Positions 26,199 to 40,499 of a stretch of 64,000 nt of DNA are shown one piece after another (the stretch's first letter is position 1; every line of letters begins with the position of its first letter). The notes under the pieces are model-generated. The model did no database searches. It had not been told where the DNA came from and saw only the letters and a list, made by a program, of their open reading frames with translations. Source of the stretch: Antedon mediterranea. Its lineage: Eukaryota; Animalia; Echinodermata. The stretch lies in NCBI RefSeq assembly GCF_964355755.1, contig NC_092680.1, positions 17,183,045-17,247,044 on the forward strand, read 5' to 3'. The translations under genes were made by a program, and so were the position numbers.

Positions 26199-28296
26199 GA
26201 ACGTGCTTCTTTTTGCAATTATATATAGCAGTTGAAAGTTGTCACCCCTGTAAATTATTCATATTATAGTGCATTTTAATTGGCGGTTGAAAAGATTGTT
26301 TGAATGCATTGTATTTGTTTTTGTTGTGACATCATAAAAAGGTGTTTACAGCAAGAATGAGAGAATTTTTAAATGCTAGTAAAATATTTTATAATTAAGT
26401 ACAGTACAGTAATTATTTTATGTTATTCCGAAATATGTTATCTTTTCTGACCCTTTACCTTAATCGAATTATATAAATGTCATTTTCTTAAATTATATAT
26501 GAATATATAATGAATAAAAATTAATAATTTTATACTTTATATTTATATATTATATTGCTGAATTTTATTTAAACAAAAACTATATTGTTATTCTGAATAC
26601 TGTACTTTATTATTAGTATATTTAATTTGTTAAAATATTATGTTTTGTTCAAAACGGAAGAAAGATTGTATTGTAAATAATTTTACAATTAGAAAATATA
26701 AATTGTTTGAAAATAAACTTCTGAAGTTTAGAGTAACCAAAACATTAGAAAGATACTGTGTGATGTAAATAGGTAAGAGTATAAGGAGTGTCTGTGTGAA
26801 CTTTTAATTTGATAGAATTAATGGTGTCACTTATTATCTGCTGCTGCTCTGCAGATGTTGTTGTACTACAGAAGTTCATCAACATTATATATACCAGTAA
26901 ACACAAATCAACTCAATGTTACTTCTAACAATAAGATATTAAACCAATAAAAGCTTTATAATGCAATAATTAGTTTTGTTTCTGTCTGCTTGTAGACTGT
27001 ACTTAATGGTTGTTTTCATAGGTATTAAGTAAACAAGAACAATAATCTAAATACCTATTGTGGTACTGATGTTGCTAACATTATTATTTATTATTATTAT
27101 CAAACTTTGTGATAATATGCCTATATGGACATGATGTCATATCACTACTATATTTGGGCACATCACATTTTTTTTGTCAAACTAGTTTGATAGTGTAGAC
27201 AGAGCTTTACTCAGAGGTTAATTTCTGTGACTTTACTAAACTTTCTAGAAAAAACGTTATAGTTTTACATGGCAGGTGAAATAGTAAAACCAAAATAATT
27301 GTATAAACAGTAGTCAATACAAAAAAGCAATTATGTTATGTTTCTTTAGATCTCCAGGCCTAGAAAATATATATTAGTATACTGTACGAATATATTTAAA
27401 CTATAATAATGAAATCTAATAAAGATCAAAGCACTAATTTTAATATTATTTTATTATAAAATATCATAGTAAGTTATAATCTACTACTCATTGTCAAATA
27501 CTCTTCAAGAAGTACAGTACACTCAATAAAGAATAATAAAATACTATTAATATAAAAGTAAATAGCGGGAACAAACCGATTATTACTAAAGCCTGTTTTC
27601 CATTAGCGAAAAATCTAACATTCAAGAGTCCCGATTTCTTTCTTTCTTTTTTCATGTGGTATTTTTACATTTGTTCTCAAACTGAGGAAACTCCTATTAG
27701 GCCCTCCACGGACCCACGGCAGCCAGCAGTGCAGCGCCTACCAGATCAGCACACCGGGAGACGATCCACTACTCTTTGCGAATAGTGTACCAAGTTCTTT
27801 AACGTATTATTATGTGCAATAGTCAATGCTTTTGATTCGCATGAATAAATGTGTCTCATGTAAAACGCTTTGGATAAGTTTGTAATAAACATAGATGGAA
27901 TTGACTGTCGTAGTATACAGCATTCATGTTATTTCATCTCAAAGGCTAAGTATAAACATTAAATGGCAAGTAATTATAACTTTTTCAGTATATACAATTT
28001 ACATATGATAAAAATAATTTAAAATTAATTAACTTAAGTACTAATGAAAACTGGTGCTACAGTAAATTCACACTTGCTTCGTATCACGGAATGGAAGTTA
28101 AACGTCGCCGTTTTGTTAAATAATGGAAAATTATATAAAGAAATGAAGGGGGTTACGTGGGATTATAGTCGGATTGCATATGACCAATCATTGTGTCCGT
28201 ACTTTGCCTAAGTTAGGGGTGGGATTATATTTCAACATGGGATTATTATACTTGTGTCATATATAATAGTTAATACTAACAATTCATTAACAGAGT

Positions 28297-31200
28297 TCAT
28301 ACAGACATTGTAGTCACAGCTCTTAGTAATGATACACTCGTAGCATGCAGTGGGTTCGTCGGCATAATTTTTATCGGTAGATTCCAAACCATAGTCTCGA
28401 CGCCGATATTCTGCGGACCTTGCCACGTAGCACTCTCAGATTGATCAGCGGGAATCACCTGTTCTGGCAGTGGTTCTTTTGAAGTAACAAATTCAAATCG
28501 AAGCCGCCATTTCAAGCATACTATATAATAGAAAAAACGCATTCTTATCAATATTCAATTGACAAGGATAAAGATGTAATTGTAATGTAATTGTAATGTA
28601 ATTGTAATGTAATTGTAGATGTAATTGTCCCCCAAAAACATAAAAAAAGAATACTAAATAAATCAGACTTAATCAGACGTTATTTTGTAGTTTTAATAAA
28701 GTTAATCACTTCCGTAAAAAAAACATTTTTTTTCCCTTTATAATGACAAAATAAATTGTTAAATTCAACCAGCCAATTTGATTATTGTTTGCTTTAAATT
28801 ACAGTTTTTTCGGGCAAATAAATGTTTTTTTGATCCAATTTTGGGTCAACATGAATAACTATTATGTAACATTAAAATGGCATATTCAACAAAAATGTTA
28901 TATATAAGAAATAATTTATTCAGGGGACAATACATCTTTAACTATTTTGTTTTTTGTTTTTAGTTTCATGGTTGCATTTTTCATGGATTTTACAAGTGCC
29001 TTGAGCACTTTGTGGATATGTGCGCTCTATAAATCTTATTATTATTATTAATTGCCAAACCTATAGTGTCAATACGGTGAAAACATAACAATTTATTGTC
29101 GCATTATAGTAATTTTAATGGTAACTGCTTGTTTTTATATTGAAGCTACATAAATGGGAAAACAGGACAAAACAATTATTGTGAAAATTAAAAAATCAAA
29201 ACATCTAAATCCACTAAGGGTCTCAAAGTTATTGAGAATCATGACAAATATATTGAGCCTTACCAATATCAGTGATAAAACTTGGTGTAATATGTAGTGG
29301 TATGGGCAGAATCATGTGTGATTTACTGACATGAATGCTAAACTCCTGGTGTTTGCTGTAGGAGCTGATACAAACACCCTGGTTAGGCCTTCGTCTACAC
29401 TCTTCTGTGATTAGTTCCTCACTCTGCAGTGTCACAGAATACTGATAAATATAAAACAAGAAATGGAATATCAAAGTAACATTTAGTAAATAAAATTAAC
29501 AGTAAATATGATTAAAGTAAGAGGGGCATTCCAAAAAAGCGAAGATTGTATAAGGCAGCCCAGAATAAAACATATTGTTTATAATACCAGTAAAGACAGA
29601 TTGCTAATGAATAAAATTAAATGTATTATGTCTCATTTGCACTGGATTTAGTCAAATCTCTCAGGTTTCACACTTAAACTTATTGTCTTGGTTAGTTTTA
29701 ACTGAGGGTTAATATATAATTAATTTAATTGAGGGTAATTTAACTTTCGAACAATAACTGTTTCTAATTGAATTTAACTTAGTGAGGCTCTGTCTACACC
29801 ATCATCATGTGCTGTGCCAATATATGGACATGATGATGTCAGTATCACTACCATATTTAAGCATATCACTACCATATTTGGAAACATTATACATTTTTTT
29901 GTCAAACTAGTTAGTGTAGACAGAGCTTAAGACTAACTATGTGGTAACAGGTAAAGATTTCCAAGATACAGTTGCAAAAACGTTATATTCAACTTTTTCT
30001 AGTCATACTAGATGTTAGGTTTGGAGGCTTTTAGTAGACTTATAAACTGCACCCATTTGGGATAGCATTCTGTTTTTAATCGATGTTTTTATCAGTCACT
30101 TTATTGTTTGGTAAATTACCTGAATACAAGGCACAAGACAATTACTGAAGTCAAAAGTTGCTATGATATCCTCACCAAGTTTGTAGGCAGATTTGAAGAT
30201 ACAAAAACGAGCAACTGTACCACATGAATTTGTTATATTGTAAGTATCTATAAAAAAGATCACAATCGGTATAATAAACAATGCATTATTCCTAATTAAA
30301 TAATAATTATACTATACATTTAATTAAATCTCGTTATTAAATCAATGTTGACTTTGTCAAATGGATCTGCTTTTACCCAAGGACCAAAATATAATCATAT
30401 ACATAAAAATGAATAGCCTGTACACCTAGTAAAGTGTGCTGATTGTAGTTATTAATTTCTGTTTTGGATTGATGTACAAATATCTGCTAGAACATTGAAA
30501 GAAGCTATTGTTGCTAATTCAATTTGTGCTATTTTCTCATAAAACAGTGATAGTGATTAAACCACACAACAATATACAATATGTCAATTTTATTTGGATT
30601 CATTTTAAGTTAATAATATTATTAATTTGTGTATGCCTTTTATGTTGTGTATTTCACATATTTGTTTGGTTAAAGTGGTGCTTGTGTTTGAAGTGGTGCT
30701 CGTGGTCTAGGATTTCGCAGACACCGGCATCCCTCGTCGATCGCTAGAACACAAATCTTCCATGTTCGGGTTTGTTTGTTTAGTGGAATTAAATAGGTTT
30801 GCTGATTCAGAAAACTGAACTGGTACATGAACATTAAAATGCTTGTACTATTACAGACTTGGTATATATTTAGTAAGTACAGTACTGTAATACAGTAGTG
30901 CCCCCTACACACGTAATACACTTTAGAAGTCAGGCTGTTAACATAACCCCTAAATAATCAACCTCACTCTTAATTATATTTGAACATAACCCTCTAAATA
31001 CTCTTAATATTACACTGCATTAACAACCTAAAGATGTGTGTGGTATTAGTGTGTGTTGGTGTTCAATAGGACTGGATATAACAGCAAGTTCATATACACA
31101 ATCTATTAAAATAAGCAGTAATTAACAATTCATTTCATAGAGCAATCATTAAAAGCTTACTTGCACTTTTTCTGGAAGTAATTGTGGTCAAAACCTGTAC

Positions 31201-34200
31201 AGCTTGATCAAGAAGTGAATTTGGTTTACGTTCCCCCTCCAAGAACGGGTTATCAGTATCATAATCATCGTCAGGATCCATAAAGAAAGTATCTCCAAGA
31301 CCTATCGTGTGAAAATAAAATTTGTGACACGGTTGATACATAGAGTACATTAAAGCTAAATTTATACTGGTGATGTCATGTGTTAAAGTGATGGCTGAAA
31401 TTATACAGTAACAGGTGGTTGAAATTATACAGTAACAGGTGGCTGAAATTATACAGTAACAGGTGGATGAAAGGCCTCTTCTTTGTTTCCTGTAACAAAA
31501 GTTTAATCTTTAAAATAAAATTTAATGACAAAAAAGTTTTGGAACCATCATGGAAACATTCTCAAGACCAAATTTAGATTTGCACTTTAAAATAATTGAC
31601 TCGACAGTCAATTGTTTCAAAGTATTCTCTAAGTGCAAATCTAAATTTGATTGTTTAATTAATGAAATGTTATGGATAAAAGAGTTGAAACTGTCACTTA
31701 ACAAACAAAATGACTCACAAAGTCAAATTATTTAACAATTAACAAGAGGAGGAGCTTATCTTTTTAGGCTTTTTTATAGTATTTCCTGTCACCCTTTGGT
31801 ACTTTGTTAATTGTACTCATTTGTTCTTGAGAATGGTTCCATGATGATTCCGAAACGTCGACCTTTTTTGTCACTAAATTTTATTTTAAAGTTGTATAGT
31901 AAACGTCCCTTAATTCGTAAAAGTTTAATCAGTACAAAAAATTAATTAATTGTTAATTATATTATATAATTATTATGGTATAAAATCAAACAAAGAGAAG
32001 AGAGCTGTTTAAAAGAATTAGAGATGAGCTCAGGTGCTTAAAATGTACCATTGATCTTATCTTTGAAAAGAGAATTCACTCACCATATAATACAAGAACT
32101 CTGAACGGGACACGGAGAAGTCTTGTTGGAGAGCTAACACGTTGAGTTCCTATGGCAACCTTATAAGAATATTTGACTGACTGGCCTTTATATGAGGGAG
32201 GAGCATCTTGGGGAATTGTTTCATAATATTTATCTGAAAACAAAGACAAGAATTAGAGAACAATGTTTGGTAGTTCTTATTACAATATACTGAACTTGTG
32301 TGACGTCTTCTCACAATGATACTTTGGTCAGCCCCTGGACACTCAAACTAACCACCAGTACAATAACCACATCTTGACTAGTCTTGGTTCAAATTAAAAT
32401 GGCATATTCAACAACAAAAAACAAACCAATATTTTCAGGGAGATAATCTTTACATAAGGAGGACTAATGAATTATAAATGACATTATTGATTGAAACAGT
32501 TGTACTATTGTTTATACAGTGTTTGTTTACGTAAGCTCTTCAAAAACATGATACATGTCTGGCGGATATCTTGACAGACCTTCTTGTATTTAAATTATGA
32601 TTAATGTCAAATTATATTGGGTATTTTAGTGCGTTTGTGTTTTTAATTTTTAGGTTAAGTTGCTCTTCTGTTAAGGATGCTATGCAGTTTAGTATTCATC
32701 TCATTGCTACAGGGTTGGGTAGGTTTGGCCAGTATGCGTACCTTTTTATGGCCAGCGGGCGTCCCGGATATTGCGCAATATGGCCAGCGGGCGTCCAATT
32801 ATTGCGCAATATTTTTTCAATGACAGCGTCCGCGCGCTCCATGCGTGTGAAAGATACGTACAATGCGACAGAGAGGGCGTTATATTTACATTTTCCGCGC
32901 GAGATGCCGGCCGGCCACGTACTATTATTATTTATCAGAACAAAAATATTAAATAATGTGAACTTTCATGTTTTTTGATTGACATTATAATAGTTAAAAC
33001 TATTAATAATTATTGTTATTAATTAGGCCCTAAAATACATTAATATAATTTACTAAATCAGTTTAACTTAGGCTAGCCTGCTCTGAACAGATAGATTGGA
33101 TTTTAGAGGCCTCGGTTCAGGCTTGCCCTACTTGCAAATTCTGTATATATAAAATTAATTATGTATATAGCGCCATCTGTCGCATTGTACGTATTTCACA
33201 TGCACGGAGCGGACGCTGCCATTGAACAAATATTGCGCAATAATTGGACGCCCACTGGCCATATTGCGCAATTTCCGGGACGCCCGCTGGCCATAAAAAG
33301 GTACGCATACTGGCCAAACCTACCCAACCCGTATCTCTCATTGGGAGTGAACGAGTCGTTAGCCCGATAAAGCGATTAACAACAGAGGCTTAAATGAGAC
33401 CCTTACTACTTCCTAAAGATGCACCGGGTTATTTTAAGTGCACACAAGCCAGATGCAAAGCCAAGAAGACGTATTCTACCATCAGAATTATGGCCGAGGA
33501 GCACCCAGAACCTGTGTTGGATATTCTTATGGCTGTTTGCTTGGCTACCCGACTGTAAGTGTACGAATTAGTAATATAGTACTGTATTATGTAGAGATTA
33601 TACTTACATGTTTTACTTTCCCCTGGGGCCAGCATCAGGTCACAAACCAAGATCTTTGGTGTAGTGGACACAACACAGATACCCTTTTCTCCTTGAAAAC
33701 AAATGCAATATTCTTTTCTTATTTACATATAATTAATGTCAAATAAGGATTGCAATATTTTTTCTAGTATTATTTACAGGTATTTTGAATATTGAAGAAC
33801 AATTTTAGGTTTTTTCAAACATTTTTTTTTTAATAGGCCATTTTATAAATGTCACATAATAGTTATTCACTTTTACCAAAAACTGGTTAAAACAAATAAT
33901 GTCATTTAAACCAAAAACAAGATTTTTTGTTTTGATTTTCTTGATTAAAACTGAAAAAAATGGCCTATTTAAAATCTGATTTTATTAAGCCTCATAACTC
34001 AATATAAATATTTTATTTCAACTAAATTTGATTTTACAATTTTAAAACAACCTCATTTCCATCAGAGAGTGTGAGAATTTAAGGCAAATAATATGAACAA
34101 AAATATAGTGAGAAAGAAGATACATGAAAAAAAAACAGAAAAAAAAACAAAAAAGTGTCTCTCTATAATTTTTTTCTGGGGATTCAGATACAGTATTTAA

Positions 34201-35051
34201 TTAACTGTAACTGTATATTAATCTACTTAAACTTCTGATAACAATTCGTCCCAGTCTAGGGGAAAGCATGCTTGGTGGAAGATAAAGGAAAGCATGCAGT
34301 AATAAACAGAAAACAGAATACCATGGTGCAAACATAGATCCATCTCACCCCTGTTTGGTGTGAAGCTGGTAACACTGTCTATAGGGAAACCAGTGGCATC
34401 TTGTTGAATGCTTTTGGGTGTGGGAAGCTTCACCTTTGAGTCACTTACACTACACTGGCAGTGGACCTGGGCACTTGCCCAGGCAAGTGTCTCATTCCTG
34501 TAAAAAAATATTAATCCGATTAAAATTGAATATTTAGAATCCTGGGTCTAGTCTATAATTATAAATCTATTATCCAATATATTTTAATGGAAATTAGAAT
34601 GCTATCTCTTGACTTGCCTTTTTAAATAATTAATACATCTTTTGAACAGTTATGTTTTATTTTTATTTATTTACTACTACAATCAAGTTCCTATTAAGGG
34701 GACACCTTGTTGGGTACCAAAGGCATCGGTTTTAAAAGGAGTTTCTACTGTATTAATCACTTAGAATTTGAGGGGAACTAAAATAATTTTAGCACAGTTA
34801 GGGGGGGGGGGGAGGGAGGGGTGGATTTCTTAATTTAGACAAGTTTAAAATCATGTGATGATGATGGGCTTCTTTTTGATTAAGTGTACTAATTTATATT
34901 AGTGCTTCATGCATGTAAAAGACCCAAATAATCTATGATTTTTTAAAGGTTACCTCGACTGTCCTTTGTTTGAGAATGTTATTATACATTCTATAGTCTC
35001 TCCTGCTAAGAATACGGAACCACGAACCAGGCAAGCATGTACATCAATCAT
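28297..35051 (-). CDS. RGP1: RAB6A-GEF complex partner protein 2 (RGP1), ~383 aa, 8 coding exons
   Basis: Exons 34954-35051, 34349-34497, 33608-33691, 32084-32233, 31161-31301, 30120-30247, 29264-29441, 28297-28520 (1152 nt, in phase). Translation includes [63 protein letters not shown] and [12 protein letters not shown]. Confidence 0.94.
28568..28941. mobile_element. Kolobok-like MITE copy with an internal (tgtaatgtaat)n expansion
   Basis: Same family as 3735-4083; ends ggggacaatacatct|ttaa. Confidence 0.65.
31393..31471. repeat. 24-bp tandem repeat, about 3 copies
   Basis: gg(c/t)tgaaattatacagtaacaggt at 31393, 31417 and 31441. Confidence 0.9.
31508..31892 (+). mobile_element. 5'-truncated Penelope-like element (GIY-YIG C-terminus) with inverted terminal repeat
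   Basis: The ORF tail [34 protein letters not shown] is typical of a PLE GIY-YIG end. The 3' segment cttgagaatggttccatgatgattccgaaacgtcg...ttttttgtcactaaattttattttaaag is mirrored in inverted form at ~31508-31570. Confidence 0.65.
32707..33335. mobile_element. MITE with ~170-bp TIRs and probable 8-bp TSD (hAT-like)
   Basis: gggttgggtaggtttggccagtatgcgtacctttttatggccagcgggcgtccc is mirrored at 33160-33330. tctcattg occurs at 32699-32706 and 33336-33343. Confidence 0.75.
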
Positions 35052-36009
35052 ATCTGCTGTTGTTACTTCAATTTAAAGCGTTAAGATCTGAAGAGAAAAT
35101 AGGCACAGAACACATATAATAATAATGTACTGTAGTATTGCAATTTGTATGACCCACTATACGACCCCCGGGAGAGGTAGTGCGGCATGAATGCATCATT
35201 TATAAATAATTATTGACAACATGGTCACAATGCTTCACCGAAAGGTTAGTCACTTTTTGCGTCATTGCTTCATTAGGTATGTCCCACAAATGATGCACCA
35301 CTCCAGGGAGTCATATAATGCATAAGCAAATAAATAAAAAAAATAAATTCTTGAAAATCGTTCAAATTGTGCATAGGCTAGGCCTAGGCTATAGCCGGCC
35401 TAGGCCTATACTAACTAGGCAACCCAGCCTGCCTAGTTTGTAGTCCAACCAATCTACTACTATTTCTATTAATATTACTAGGCTAGGGAGGAGCCTAACT
35501 AATTTAAATAAATATATTACAACAAAACAAATAGGCCTAGGCTAGGCCTAGGCCTAGCTAGCTAGGTAGGGTAGGCTATTTGATATATTTTCATAATAAA
35601 ATAATATTAATATTAATAACAATAATCACATCAATGGAAATAACAAGCATATAATACCATTAAACAAATATATTTGTGAATTGCACACGAACTTTTTACA
35701 CAGGCCGAAACGACCAAATAAAGTCATGACATTTATTGTTCCTCTGTCGGCCTGAGTAGCCTAACTAAAAGGCTAGGCCTAGGCCTAGGCCTAGTTAGGC
35801 CTAATCCTCCTGCCTGGCTGCGATAGCAAAGTTGCCTTTGATTTTGAGATTTAAATTTAATCAATTTTGAATAATTTTAAGGGGCCAATACGAACCTACA
35901 TTAGCTCCTTAATTTTGTGTAAACTTTGAATAAAAACCACTGACTCTGTCGTTCGCCATCTACCTAGGCCTACAACAGGGGGACAAATATACTACTGTAT
36001 TATCTCCTC

Positions 36010-37770
36010 TATAGGGGACGATTCGGCCCACTTTTGGTGGGACGAATCGGACCACTATTGGGCCGAAACGTCCAACTTTGTGGGTCGAAACGTCTCACTT
36101 TAGACCAAATTTATATACATTTTTGTGGTATTTAGCTAGCTATACATTTTTTTTATCACGCTGCTGCTCTAGCCCGCTACGTCCCATTAGGACTACTCAA
36201 TCAGAAGCTAAAGCAAGCAGCAGTTAGTTCTAAGGACGACAGTTTTGCGAAAATGGAGTCAGATATTCATTGAATTATTATCGAAACAGTCCATTCAAGT
36301 TTGTGTTTGTAATAGGATACTTCACACTTGAAATATCTTAGCAATAAAATTAACTAAAGTGACAGAAATTGAGTAGGTCTATTCACTTCTATAACAAAAA
36401 AAATAATATTTATTCACATATAAAAAGAAAAAATAAACCCAAAAACCATTGTCTGACTGACAATTTAAGTATTTGTTGCTTTAAATTACATTTTTTTTCA
36501 GGTAAAATTTTATTTATTTATTTTATTTTATGTCTTTAGGCACTGTGGCCAAGGATTACCAATAGTGAATTAATCACTGTCCTATCAGATAGGTGGTAAT
36601 CCCCCTGATACAGAGGCTATTGTGTGAACCAGTTCACCGGGGTAACCCCCTACTCTTTTTCGAATAATGAACTGGGTTCTTTAAAGTACACACAGGTTAT
36701 AACTGTGTACACTGGACCTACGGTTTATAGTCCTTATCCGAGAAGACTTGTTCCACCACCAGAACTAGGAGCGAGTCGGCCTCGAACCCTTGCCGATGTT
36801 GTTGTTGGCTCTTTAGGTACGATAAACGGCGCCCCTGCCTTAACCGCTCGGCCATATGACTCAACTATGTAAAAAACATTTGAAATAAAAAATATTTTTT
36901 CAATAAGCCAGCAGCGTTTTTTCTAAGAAATATTTCTTGTTGTATTTTTTTTATTGATATTGGCAATGTTAAAATACGTAATTTTCAATTTAATTTATTA
37001 CTTCGAAAACTTTGTTTATTTCGTGCATTCGCCAAGCAGCCAAACATGTTACATCATTCGCGCACGTACGTGGCTAAAAATGATCATTTGCGACAAGGTT
37101 TTTTAATTCAGGTACAGGCATAAATTTTAAATATATGGTTAATTGTAATAAATCAAATATTTGTAACAGAAATCAAGACGAAAAAACATGAATTTCCCTT
37201 AAATAGAAAATTTGGTAAAATTCTGCCATACAAACCCGGAAGACTTGTTTTCAGTAGTTAGGTAAGTTTAACCTATTATGTAAAAACATGTCTGGTGGAT
37301 ATATGGTGGATAATTTTTGCTATAGCATGAAAATAAAAATCTGAAGTTATATTACCTATATTTAGTCATCTGATAAAATTTTTTACCACACCGTTTATTT
37401 TTCATAGTTTTTTTAAATGCCTCTCTATTTACAAAATTTGTGTACAAAAGAATAGAGATTTTACTATGTAATTTGAACTATCCCTCCACTGATAAGAAAG
37501 TGCTTATTTTCAACAAGCTCGTGTAACACAAATAAAATCCAAAAAATTATAAAACATAAGGGAAACTATAGATCGATAATTATTGGAATGTATGATCAAT
37601 AGAATTTTTTTGCCCGCACCTGGCCTTTAACATGTTTTCTTTTTTGCATCTTTAGCCATAGTATTACTACCTCTAAATTTTGAGAAAAAAAGCTTATTTA
37701 TGCTTATAAAATGCATATCAAAGCAGATAAATATAAGTGTGCCGAATCGTCCCGGGCCGAATCGTTCCAC
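36010..37770. mobile_element. Putative DNA transposon with gggccgaa(a/t)cgtc subterminal repeats, carrying nested repeats
   Basis: ggacgattcggccc/gggccgaaacgtcc repeats at the left end and gccgaatcgtcccgggccgaatcgtt at the right end. No TSD found. Confidence 0.4.
36530..36855 (-). mobile_element. Full-length tRNA-derived MetaSINE-like element
   Basis: Minus strand: A-box tggccgagcgg, B-box ggttcgaggcc, Meta-type core tcggataaggactataaaccgtaggtccagtgt...aaagaaccc...tcgaaaaagagtagggg...ccccggtg, and an AT-rich tail. It is inserted inside the 36150-36945 repeat. Confidence 0.75.
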
Positions 37771-39539
37771 AAAAGGGTAAACTAAATCTTACTTACTATC
37801 ACTGTGCTTAAGTACTGCCAAAATTGGCATAGTTAGCGCACAGTGTTAAACTAAATTCTATCTACTAGAGGGTCGCTCACTCCCCCTCTAGGAAGTGTAG
37901 ACGATTGTTCTCGGAATGATAATGACTAGGGTAAAAAGGTTTTAGAAGGACGTTCTGGCGGTTAGGCCTACCATTATTAAAATGCTTGATATTCGTAAAA
38001 CTAAACCTACTCTGTTTCACAGTGTCTTAAGATGATTAATAACATTTTAAAGTATAGTGTTTATTGTTTGGTAGGGCCCTTGTAGGGCGAAGGTGGGGAG
38101 GCGGAGGTCATTTGATTGAGGGAGTTGCTTATTCGAAAGATACGTTTAATTTGTTAGTTTTAATAATATATGGTAATACAGGTATTTATAATCAAATAAA
38201 ATCCACTAACAGATATGAAAAGTGGTAAAAAAGAATAACAAATGCTTAGTAAATTGTAGATAACAGTGCGATGAATTCTAGGCCTACTATAAATAGTATA
38301 ATTGTATAGTGTTATAAATAAATATAATACAAAATGCGATTATTATTCTAATTGATATTTTATTGGGAAGGTGTTCGGCGTTTATTCAAATAAATCATAC
38401 CATCCTAATTGGTATTATTAATACATTATTTAGATTAAACATCTTTTGAAAATAACTTCTGCGACAGAGTGGGCCCGTTTCGGCCTAAGAAGAAAGACGT
38501 TTTAGACGGCTTGCAACATAGGCAGAAGTATCTCAGGGTCCTAACGGGACTCATAACAGATAGCCCACAGTATCAGCTTCTCAATAACTCGGCTATCGGG
38601 GTTCCACTCGATTTCAATCAAAAGGTCTTCTTATGATCAGTTCTTCCTATGTAATTTTATATACTAATTCCCCACAACATACTCGGATGCTTTTATGGAG
38701 TAAATTTAATTTGATCTTTATTAATTTTCAGTATAATTTTTATTTTGCAGTGCACCTTCACACGGGTGGTCCAAAAAATACAAAAAATGTAAAATGGCTA
38801 TCGCCACCAACGGCCAACTTAGTTGAAACCAGGAAGTTGCAAGGTGAACACGTGGACTCACAGTGAACCCGGAGATTACTTCTATCGCGCACAAGTTGAA
38901 AATCTACCGATGAAATCAGATATTTTGTTTCAAAACCCTTTATAATATCTTTCTAAGATAGAAACATGGAACAATATCGTAATAGTGGAAACTAAGGTTA
39001 TCAAATCTACGTTTCACGGTACATCTGAGATAGATAAGGTAGGTATCCAAGACAGAGATTTGTCCCGAAGTTTTTCCATTGTTTTCGCCTATGTCAGAAT
39101 TAACCATAATTTAGAATTTATATATATATTATCACTGAGGGCGTGTTATTTAATACATTTCGCCCATGAAGATAAATATAACTAAGAATAAGATTATAAT
39201 AAGCTTTTATGACGTCACCGATATATCGATTTCCCTGAAAACCAATATGCATGTTCTTTTTTTGTATATACCTATCTGAAAAACACTTTCTGGACGCTGC
39301 AAACAAAATAACTTATACAAAATCAGGTTCCCAATACGACGCAACACAAAAGAAATAAATAATTTGACCAACGACTACGCGTCGTGGATTTGAAATACCA
39401 TCTCATGACCACTAATACGGAGAAAATGTTATTTCTCGAGTAAACAACTTGGAGGCGCATGATGGAGAAAGAAAGAAATCATGCTGGAGATCATTGAATA
39501 AAGCTAAAGCTAAAGTTAGAAAAATAACTGGTTGAAGAG

Positions 39540-40378
39540 AACGCAGAATGCAAAAGGATTTGGATACCTTATCACACTGGGGAAAAAAATGGATGATGGA
39601 ATTCCACCCCGAAAAATGCCAAATCATAACCATCACACGAAAGAAAAACATCATAAAGTATCCATACATCCTCCATGGTCACCAACTTGCACATGTAGAC
39701 CACGCAAAGTATTTAGGAATAACAATTTTCAATGACCTCAGATGGAATAAACACTTGGAAAACGTCGCTGCTAAAGCAAATAACACACTGAATTTCCTCA
39801 AACGTAACATAAATATCAAAAACCCCAAAGTAAAAGAACAAACCTACAAATCACTTGTACGACCAATCCTGGAATATAGAAGTGTAGTCTGGGACTCCCA
39901 CACAGATGTCCTAAAGAAAAAAGTAGAGAAAATTCAACGCCGTGCTGCAAGATTCACTCTCAGTAGATATGAACGTACAGCCAGTGTCATTGCCATGCTC
40001 CACGAACTATCTTGGAAAACCCTGGCTGAAAGACGTCAACTCTCAAGACTATCAATGTTCTACAAGATACACAACAACCTTGTTGCAATTGATATGGACA
40101 AATACTTATGCTCCAAAAACCTCACTGCCCCTTCTCGCACAGAAAACAGCCAAGCATATAGTATTCCACGCTCAAGTCGGGACTATCATCGGATGTCCTT
40201 CTTTCCCAGAACGTCAAGAGATTGGAACATCCTAGCAGAATCAACTGTAAAGGCACCAACTTTTAAATCATTTAAGGGGGTTCTTTACGAAAACTAACTC
40301 ACTCGCTTCACATCCCACCAAAGTGCTATAGTCTTCAAGTCTGAAGTTTGCACTAAATTGGAAGAAGAAGAAGAAGAA
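39540..40378 (+). mobile_element. 5'-truncated non-LTR retrotransposon (RT C-terminal part, RTE-X-like) with (GAA)n tail
   Basis: The 249-aa ORF contains FHPEKCQ, KYLGITI, YKSLVRPILEY, EKIQRRAARF, RLSMFYKI and SFFPRT. A short 3' UTR is followed by gaagaagaagaagaagaa. Confidence 0.9.
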
Positions 40379-40499
40379 CAACATCATTCTTGGAGCCTTA
40401 TGGGACAATCGGTCCAAAAAGTATATTGTTAAAGATGTATTGTCCTCCAAAAACCTGAAAAATAAAAACTAATAAAATCATACTTTGAAGTGAGTGTAC

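Noticed and set aside
32604-33370. Several 60-124-aa ORFs on both strands
   Set aside because: They come from the GC-rich TIRs of a MITE and have no transposase motifs.
34943-34953. U12 donor in RGP1 (gtaaccttt)
   Set aside because: It differs from GTATCCTT at the diagnostic +4 position and no U12 branch site is visible before the acceptor.
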